Assembly: GCA_040902395.1 (NCBI GenBank)
Contig: JBBDXH010000084.1
Coordinates: forward strand, 1-33,970
Length of the DNA: 33,970 bases
Direction of reading: 5' to 3'
DNA from: Dehalococcoidia bacterium
GTDB taxonomy: Bacteria > Chloroflexota > Dehalococcoidia > UBA2979
Shown here: positions 1-6,068 of the stretch, one piece after another
Layout of the letters: every line of letters starts with the position of its first letter
Position numbering within the stretch: the first letter of the stretch is position 1
Translations under genes and position numbers: made by a program
The notes under the pieces: model-generated
The model's database searches: none
The model's input: the letters and a program-made list of their open reading frames with translations, nothing else
Told to the model about the DNA's origin: nothing

Positions 1-268
1 CTCAGGATGAGCGGAGGGCGGCACGATTGCCGGCCGGGCGATTGACCGGCGGTTGGAGCGCCTGCGGCCCTTCCACAGGCTCGGGATGAGCGCAGCGCGG
101 CACGATTGCCGACCGGGCGATTGACCGGCGGTTGGAGAGATCGCGGCCTTTCGACAGGCTCAGGATGAGCGGAGGGCGGCACGATTGCCGACCGAGCGGT
201 TGACCGGCGGTCGGAGCGCCCGCGGCCCTTCCACAAGCTCGGGATGAGCGGAGCGCGGTCGGTCTGAC
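1..268. repeat. 79-bp direct tandem repeat: 3 full units plus a partial 4th; the array may continue left of the window
   Basis: Units begin at 1, 80, 159 and 238 (CTCRGGATGAGCG..GGCACGATTGCCG..TTGACCGGCGGT..). The whole 79-nt unit is conserved between copies, with only a few substitutions per unit. The 4th copy diverges after about 20 nt. Translations give PEPVEGP / FDRLRMSG-like pseudo-peptides typical of GC-rich intergenic repeat families. Confidence 0.85.
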
Positions 269-288
269 ATGCGATCTCCAACCCCCAA

Positions 289-318
289 TTGCCCACCGAT
301 CCGCGCCCGCCATACACT
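289..318 (+). promoter_or_regulatory. Candidate sigma-70-type promoter for the ileS leader (TTGCCC-18 nt-TACACT)
   Basis: TTGCCC at 289-294 and TACACT at 313-318. This places a start site just upstream of the predicted T-box Stem I at about 331. Motif match only. Confidence 0.3.
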
Positions 319-330
319 CCCGCGCACAGG

Positions 331-671
331 CTGTGACGGAGACGAGTAGCCCGGCGGTTCTTCCGTTCGCGGAAGGAACCGCACAGCGAGTCCGGGACGG
401 TGCGAGCCGGACGCGAGCCACGCCGGGTGAAGATCCCTCCCGAGCCGCCGACCGAACGTCCTCCCGCGCGGCGGCAGGACAAGTAGGCTCGGCCGGAACG
501 CCCACCGTGACCAGGGGCAGCGTCATCGGTCCTTCCGCCCAACGGACGGACCCGCGACGCGAGAGCGGTCCTTCCCGGTGACGGGAAGGGCAACGCGGGT
601 GGTACCGCGGGTCCCCGGCGCGCATGCGTCGTGAGCCCGTCCCGCAGCGAAGCGGGGCGGGCATTTCTGTG
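331..671 (+). promoter_or_regulatory. T-box riboswitch leader (tRNA-Ile sensing) with terminator/antiterminator switch
   Basis: The diagnostic T-box sequence AACGCGGGTGGTACCGCGGG lies at 592-611. GGAGACGAGTAGC at 338-350 resembles the Stem I GA/AGUA motif. Helices 349-356/421-428 and 338-341/437-440 frame a specifier-like loop containing GAAGAUCC (429-436; AUC at 433-435). A Stem III-like hairpin lies at 570-589. The antiterminator can form from GCGGG 595-599 with CCCGC 641-645 and GCGGGU 607-612 with GCCCGU 635-640, around the 7-nt bulge UGGUACC (600-606). The competing terminator hairpin is 635-645/652-662, followed by ATTTCTGTG. An aminoacyl-tRNA ligase gene lies directly downstream. Confidence 0.8.
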
Positions 672-749
672 CCACCGTCGGGCCACGACGTGTCACGACC
701 TGCCTGCCGCACAGCCGGGCGTTCGGCCCGGCGCAGTGTGGAGCGGCGT

Positions 750-3700
750 ATGTCGACCTTCGATGCGGTGCCCTCGCGCGTCTCGTTCCCGCGGCAGGAA
801 GAGGGCATCCTCGACCTCTGGCGAGCACGCGACGTCTTCCATCGCTCCGTGACGGAGCGGCCGGCCGATCGCATCTTCACCTTCTACGAAGGCCCGCCGA
901 CGGCGAACGGCAATCCCGGCATCCACCACGTGCTCGCGCGCGTCTTCAAGGACCTGATCCCGCGCTACCGCACCATGCGCGGCGACCGCGTGCCGCGAAA
1001 GGGCGGCTGGGACACGCACGGCCTGCCGGTGGAGCTCGAGGTCGAGAAGCAGCTCGGGTTCAGCTCGAAGCGCGAGATCGAGGCGTATGGCGTGGAGGAG
1101 TTCAACCGCCGCTGCCGCGAGTCGGTCTTCCGCTACGTCGCCGAGTGGGAGCGCATGACCGAGCGCATCGGCTTCTGGATCGACACCGAGGACGCGTACG
1201 TCACGTACCACCCCGACTACATCGAGAGCGCGTGGTGGATCTTCAAGCGGCTCTGGGACAACGGTCTCATGTTCCGCGAGTTCCGCGTCACGCCGCACTG
1301 TCCGCGCTGCGAGACCAGCCTCTCGAGCCACGAGATCGCGCAGGGCTACGAAGACGACACGCCCGACCCCGGCGTCACGCTGCGCTTCCGCCTGCCCGCG
1401 GGCGGCGTGATCCGCGACTCGGCGCGCGCGGCGCTGCGGCTCGCCGACGGCGTGCCAACGTCGCTGCTCGCCTGGACGACCACGCCGTGGACGCTCTCGG
1501 GCAACACCGCGCTCGCGGTGTCGCCGGAGGCGACCTACGCGCTCGTCGAGCGCGAGGACGATCACCTCGGGCGCGAGCGCGTGGTCGTCGCCCAGGCGCT
1601 CGTCGGCGCATCAGTCGGCGACGGCGGGAACGTCGTCGCGACGTTCCCTGGCACGACGCTGCTCGGCATCGAGTACGAGCCGCTCTACGAAGCGTCCGCC
1701 TGGGAGGGCGTGGAAACGCTCGCCTTCGTGGACGGGCGCACGCAGCGCCTGAAGGCGCTGGACGCGCTCCCCGGCCGCCGGGTGGTCGCCTCGGCCGAGG
1801 TCACCACCGACGAGGGCACCGGCATCCTCCACGTCGCCCCCGCCTTCGGCGAGGTCGACTACGAACTGGGCAAGCGCGAAGGGCTGCGCTTCCTCCAGCC
1901 GGTGCGCCTCGACGGCACGATGATCGGCGGGCCGGGCGACGGCATCTTCGCCAAGGACGCCGACGCGCTGATCTCGCGCGACCTGCGCGAGCGCGGGCTG
2001 CTCTTCAAGTCGGAGACGATCCGCCACACCTACCCGTTCTGCTGGCGCTGCCACGCGCCCGTCCTCTACTACGCGAAGCCCTCGTGGTACATCCGCACGA
2101 CCGCCGTCGCGCAGCAGCTGATCGAGCACAACCAGCAGATCCACTGGGTGCCGGATCACGTCCGCAACGGCCGCTTCGGCGAGTGGCTCGCCGGCAACGT
2201 GGACTGGGCGGTCTCGCGCGAACGCTACTGGGGGACGCCGCTGCCGCTGTGGGTGTGCGAGCACTGCGGCAACGTCACCTGCGTCGGCTCGTTCGACGAG
2301 CTGCGCGCGCTCGCGCTGCCGGGGACGGCGCAGGCACTGGAAACCCCGGACGGCTTCGATCCGCATCGCCCGTTCGTCGATGCCGTGCGCATCAGCTGCG
2401 AGCGGTGCAGCGGGCTGATGCAGCGCACGCCTGAGGTCGCCGACGCCTGGTTCGACTCGGGCGCGATGCCGTACGCGCAGTGGCATATCCCGTTTGAGCA
2501 CAACGAGATGCTCACGGAGCGCTTCCCCGCGGACTTCATCTGCGAGGCCGTGGACCAGACGCGCGGGTGGTTCTACACGCTGCACGCGCTCGCCACGCTG
2601 CTCCACCGCACCGAGGACGTGCCGGAGGGCATCGCCTATCGCAACGTGATCTGCCTGGGCCACATCCTCGACGCCGAGGGCCGCAAGATGTCGAAGTCGA
2701 TCGGCAACGTGATCGATCCGTGGACCGTGCTGGACGAGCACGGCGCCGATGCCGTGCGCTGGTACATGTACTCGGCGTCGCCGCCCGGCAACTCGCGGCG
2801 CTTCTCGAGCGAGCTGGTGGGCGAAACCGCGCGGCGCTTCATCGCCACGCTCTGGAACACGTACTCGTTCTTCGTCACCTACGCGAACATCGCGGACTTC
2901 AACCCGTCCGCGCCGGCGCCGCCCGGCCCACGCACGGAGCTCGACCGCTGGATCCGCTCCGAGCTGCATCACACGGTGCAGCGCGTGACGGCGGCGCTCG
3001 ACGCCTACGAGGTCGCCGACGCCGCGCGCCCGATCGAGCAGCTCGTGGAGCAGCTGTCGAACTGGTACGTGCGGCGCAACCGCCGGCGCTTCTGGAAGTC
3101 GGAGGACGACGCCGACAGCGCCGCCGCGCTCGCCACGCTCTACGAGTGCCTGGCCACGATCGCGCGGCTGCTCGCGCCGTTCACGCCGTTCCTGGCGGAG
3201 TCGCTCTACCAGAACCTCGTGGTCGGGAAGATCTCGGGCGCGCCGGACTCGGTGCATCTCGACGCCTGGCCCGCGGCGGACGGCTCGGCGATCGACGAGC
3301 AGCTCTCGAGCGAGATGGCGCTCGTGCAGCGCGTCGTCTCGCTCGGGCGCGGCGCGCGCTCGAAGGCGCAGACGAAGGTGCGCCAGCCGCTCGCGGTGGC
3401 GGTCGTCGTGCCGCGCACGGCCGCCGAGCGCGCCGCGCTCGAACGGCTGCACGAGCCGATCGCGGACGAGCTGAACGTGAAGCGCGTCGAGGTGGTCGAG
3501 GACGCCGGCGACCGGCTGGCCTACGCGTTGCGTCCGAACCTCCCGGTGCTCGGGCCGAAGCTCGGGCAGGACGTGGGCAAGATCCGCGCCGCGCTCAACG
3601 CCGCTCACCCGGCGGACGTCGTGGCGAAGATGCGCGCCGGCGAGCCCGTGACGCTCGCGGGTTTCGAGCTGTCCGGCGCGGACATCCTCGTCGGCGTCGA

Positions 3701-4064
3701 GGCCGCCGACGGCTGGGCGGCAGCCGAGGAGTCGGGCTACGCCGTGCTGATCGACACGCGCCTCACGCCGGAGCTGGTCGCGGAAGGCACGGCGCGCGAG
3801 CTCGTGCGCCGCCTCCAGGATCTCCGCCGCGAAGCCGGCCTCGAGGTGACCGATCGCATCCACGTCCGCTACCAGGCGGAGGCGGCGGTGGCCGACGTGA
3901 TCGCAGGGCACGGCGACTACATCGCGCAGGAGACGCTCGCGCTCTCGATCGAGCCGGGCGCGCCCGAGACGGGCGCAACCATCGCCGAGGCGACCGTAGA
4001 CGGACACGCGATCACGCTCGCGGTGCGGAAGGCGCCCTCACCCCCCAACCCCCGCTCCCGATAA
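750..4064 (+). CDS. ileS: Isoleucine--tRNA ligase (type 2, long form), 1104 aa
   Basis: The ORF track frame is 624..4064. I chose the ATG at 750 (MSTFDAVPSRVSFPRQEE..) because GGAG lies 6 nt upstream. HIGH-type motif PGIHHVLAR, KMSKS motif GRKMSKSIGN, and the WCxxC / CExCG zinc-type motifs typical of IleRS are present. Confidence 0.95.
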   Translation: MSTFDAVPSRVSFPRQEEGILDLWRARDVFHRSVTERPADRIFTFYEGPPTANGNPGIHHVLARVFKDLIPRYRTMRGDRVPRKGGWDTHGLPVELEVEKQLGFSSKREIEAYGVEEFNRRCRESVFRYVAEWERMTERIGFWIDTEDAYVTYHPDYIESAWWIFKRLWDNGLMFREFRVTPHCPRCETSLSSHEIAQGYEDDTPDPGVTLRFRLPAGGVIRDSARAALRLADGVPTSLLAWTTTPWTLSGNTALAVSPEATYALVEREDDHLGRERVVVAQALVGASVGDGGNVVATFPGTTLLGIEYEPLYEASAWEGVETLAFVDGRTQRLKALDALPGRRVVASAEVTTDEGTGILHVAPAFGEVDYELGKREGLRFLQPVRLDGTMIGGPGDGIFAKDADALISRDLRERGLLFKSETIRHTYPFCWRCHAPVLYYAKPSWYIRTTAVAQQLIEHNQQIHWVPDHVRNGRFGEWLAGNVDWAVSRERYWGTPLPLWVCEHCGNVTCVGSFDELRALALPGTAQALETPDGFDPHRPFVDAVRISCERCSGLMQRTPEVADAWFDSGAMPYAQWHIPFEHNEMLTERFPADFICEAVDQTRGWFYTLHALATLLHRTEDVPEGIAYRNVICLGHILDAEGRKMSKSIGNVIDPWTVLDEHGADAVRWYMYSASPPGNSRRFSSELVGETARRFIATLWNTYSFFVTYANIADFNPSAPAPPGPRTELDRWIRSELHHTVQRVTAALDAYEVADAARPIEQLVEQLSNWYVRRNRRRFWKSEDDADSAAALATLYECLATIARLLAPFTPFLAESLYQNLVVGKISGAPDSVHLDAWPAADGSAIDEQLSSEMALVQRVVSLGRGARSKAQTKVRQPLAVAVVVPRTAAERAALERLHEPIADELNVKRVEVVEDAGDRLAYALRPNLPVLGPKLGQDVGKIRAALNAAHPADVVAKMRAGEPVTLAGFELSGADILVGVEAADGWAAAEESGYAVLIDTRLTPELVAEGTARELVRRLQDLRREAGLEVTDRIHVRYQAEAAVADVIAGHGDYIAQETLALSIEPGAPETGATIAEATVDGHAITLAVRKAPSPPNPRSR

Positions 4065-4075
4065 TGGGAGCGGGG
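4050..4075 (+). other. GC-rich hairpin (CCCCGCTCCC-GATAAT-GGGAGCGGGG) with the ileS stop codon in its loop
   Basis: Perfect 10-bp inverted repeat 4050-4059/4066-4075. TAA at 4062-4064 sits in the 6-nt loop. There is no U-tract, so it is not a canonical intrinsic terminator. Confidence 0.5.
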
Positions 4076-4163
4076 CGCCGGAACCGCACGGGACAGGACG
4101 CCGCTCGCATCCTCACTACGGCCGGTCGAGCATCTCCTCGGCAGTGAGGGTCATACTGGCCGC

Positions 4164-4745
4164 GTGATCACCAGCGAGCGGATCGAGCTGCGGAGGATGA
4201 GCGTCGAACTGCTCGACGCGCTGGCGGCGGGCGATCACGCCCACGCGCAGGCGCTCGCCGGATTCGCGATCGCGGACGCGTGGAGCCTGTGGGACCGCGC
4301 ACATGCGCGGACGCGCGCGGCCGAGCTGCGCGCCGTGCCGGAACGCGCGCCGTGGATCTCGCGCGCGATCGTCGAACGCGCGTCGGCTGTCATGGTCGGA
4401 CGCATGGGCTTCCACGACCGTCCCGGCGCGGACGACCTCGAGCCCTGGTCTCCGCGCGGCGACGGCCCCGGCGCGGTCGAGATCGGCTACGCGGTGTTCG
4501 CGCCGTATCGCGGCCGCGGCTACGCGAGCGAGGCCGCGGCCGCGTTGATCGACTGGGCGACCCGCCGCGGGATCGCGCAGGTGGTCGCGTCGGTGAGCCC
4601 GACGAACGCGGCCTCGCTGCGGGTGATCGCGCGGCTGGGGTTCGTGCGCGTGGGTGAGCGGATGGACGAGCGCGACGGGCTCGAGCACGTCTTCGTGCGG
4701 GACGCCCGCGTCGCGGCATGCGCGCCTGTGGCACCGCGACCATGA
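4164..4745 (+). CDS. GNAT family N-acetyltransferase (RimJ/RimL-like), 193 aa
   Basis: GTG start. N-terminal SERIELRR motif, acetyl-CoA motif YRGRGYASEA, and C-terminal SNxxSxRVxxKLGF-like motif (SPTNAASLRVIARLGFVRVG). Confidence 0.85.
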   Translation: MITSERIELRRMSVELLDALAAGDHAHAQALAGFAIADAWSLWDRAHARTRAAELRAVPERAPWISRAIVERASAVMVGRMGFHDRPGADDLEPWSPRGDGPGAVEIGYAVFAPYRGRGYASEAAAALIDWATRRGIAQVVASVSPTNAASLRVIARLGFVRVGERMDERDGLEHVFVRDARVAACAPVAPRP

Positions 4746-5308
4746 CGGCGCAGTCCGACGCCACGATCACGACGGCGCGGCTCGAGCTGCGCACCATGAC
4801 CGCGGACTTCCTCGAGGCCACGCTCTTCGGCGATCTCACGCGCGCGGAGGAGCTGGGCGGCTTCACGCTCTCCGAAGATTGGCCAGGTGAGTCGCCGCGG
4901 CTGCTGCGTCACTGGATCGACGCGCTGCGTGCGGACCCGGCCCGCGAGCCGTGGACGGCCCGCGCGATCGTGCAGCGCAGCGACGGGCTGATGGCCGGCC
5001 ACATCGGCTTCCACGACCGTCCGGGCGCCGCCTACCTCGAGCAGTGGGCGCCGGGCGCGAACGCGGTCGAGATCGGCTACACGGTCTTCGCCCGGCACCG
5101 CATGCTCGGCTATGCCACGGAGGCGGCGGCCGGGCTGATGGACTGGGCGTGGCTTCGTCACGGCGTCGACCGCTTCATCGCCTCGGTCAGTCCGGACAAC
5201 GCGCCGTCGCTGCGCGTGGTCGCGAAACTCGGCTTCGTCCGCATCGGCTCGCACATGGACGAAGTCGACGGGCCGGAGGACGTGTTCGAACGGCGCGTCC
5301 CGTCGTAG
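4742..5308 (+). CDS. GNAT family N-acetyltransferase, paralogue of the preceding gene, 188 aa
   Basis: ATG at 4742 overlaps the upstream TGA (ATGA at 4742-4745). TTARLELRTM.., HRMLGYATEA and SPDNAPSLRVVAKLGFVRIG align well by eye with the upstream GNAT. Confidence 0.85.
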   Translation: MTAQSDATITTARLELRTMTADFLEATLFGDLTRAEELGGFTLSEDWPGESPRLLRHWIDALRADPAREPWTARAIVQRSDGLMAGHIGFHDRPGAAYLEQWAPGANAVEIGYTVFARHRMLGYATEAAAGLMDWAWLRHGVDRFIASVSPDNAPSLRVVAKLGFVRIGSHMDEVDGPEDVFERRVPS

Positions 5309-5330
5309 CCGCGTGGCGGCGACCGGCCGC

Positions 5331-6068
5331 TCAGCCGGTCCGACGCCGCAGCGTGGCCGCGCCCAGTGCCAGCGCGATGAGCGTGGTCGCCAGCACCACG
5401 CCCGCGTCGAACGCCAGCCGGGCCGTGAGCGCCTGCGAGCCCGCGATCCGGGAGAGCGCCTCGAAGGCGTAGGTCATCGGCAGGTAGTCCGACGCGATCT
5501 CGAGCGGGCGCACCATCCCGCTGCGCGGCCCGAGCAACCCGCTCAGCAGGATCTGTGGGAGCAGGAACGCCGGCATGAACTGCACGGCCTGGAACTCGCT
5601 CTGCGCGAAGGCGCTGAGGAAGAGGCCGAAGGCCATGCCGTGGAGCGCGTTGAGCACCGCGATCGCGAGCACGGTCCAGAGCGGCGCGGAGATGCGCAGG
5701 TCGAGCACGGTCAGCGCGAAGACGGAGACGAGCAGCGTCTGCACGGCGGCGATCGCCGAGAAGGCCAGCGCGTACCCGGCGAGCAGATCGAGCTTCCCGA
5801 GCGGCAACGTCATCAGCCGCTCGAGCGTCCCGGAGCTGCGCTCGCGGAGCATGGTGATCGAGGTCACCAGGAACATCGAGACGAGCGGAAAGATACCGAG
5901 CAGCGGCACGCCGATGCCCTGGAAGATGCCGGGCCGGGCGTCGAACACCCAGCGAACCACGGCCAGCAGGAAGATCGGCACGGCCAGCAGCAGCACGATC
6001 GTGCGCGGATCGCGACGCAGCTGGCGGAGCACGCGTCGCGCGGTCGCGAGCGTCGCGCGCGCCGTCAC
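5331..6068 (-). CDS. ABC-2 type transporter permease, 245 aa
   Basis: This is the C-terminal 245 codons of track ORF 5331..6674. The GTG start at 6068 overlaps the upstream stop (GTGA). The protein has six hydrophobic segments and an N-terminal RRVLRQLRRDPRTIVLLL motif typical of ABC-2 permeases. The upstream part of the ORF is an Arg-rich shadow. Confidence 0.85.
   Translation of the reverse strand: MTARATLATARRVLRQLRRDPRTIVLLLAVPIFLLAVVRWVFDARPGIFQGIGVPLLGIFPLVSMFLVTSITMLRERSSGTLERLMTLPLGKLDLLAGYALAFSAIAAVQTLLVSVFALTVLDLRISAPLWTVLAIAVLNALHGMAFGLFLSAFAQSEFQAVQFMPAFLLPQILLSGLLGPRSGMVRPLEIASDYLPMTYAFEALSRIAGSQALTARLAFDAGVVLATTLIALALGAATLRRRTG

Noticed and set aside
1-268. Possible CRISPR array, given the regular 79-bp periodicity
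   Set aside because: The whole 79-nt unit is conserved between copies, including the part that would have to be spacer. There are no unique spacers and no cas genes nearby. This is a tandem repeat, not a CRISPR.
432-434. GAU (Asp) as the T-box specifier, in the canonical GAA-NNN-R register
   Set aside because: The downstream gene is unambiguously ileS, and the antiterminator bulge UGGU fits an A discriminator. AUC at 433-435 is the more plausible specifier, but the register anomaly is unresolved and is reported as a finding.
2-880. 292-aa minus-strand ORF, and the nested ORFs 160..384 and 523..828
   Set aside because: The translation is Arg/Ala/Pro-rich low complexity and is largely a read-through of the tandem repeat and of the T-box leader on the opposite strand. 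No RBS or domain motif is present.
1611-4007. 798-aa minus-strand ORF antisense to ileS, plus the + strand ORFs 1145..2434 and 2567..4147
   Set aside because: These are high-GC shadow frames of a well-supported ileS. Their translations are dominated by Arg, Ala, Gly, Asp and His runs, with no recognisable motifs.
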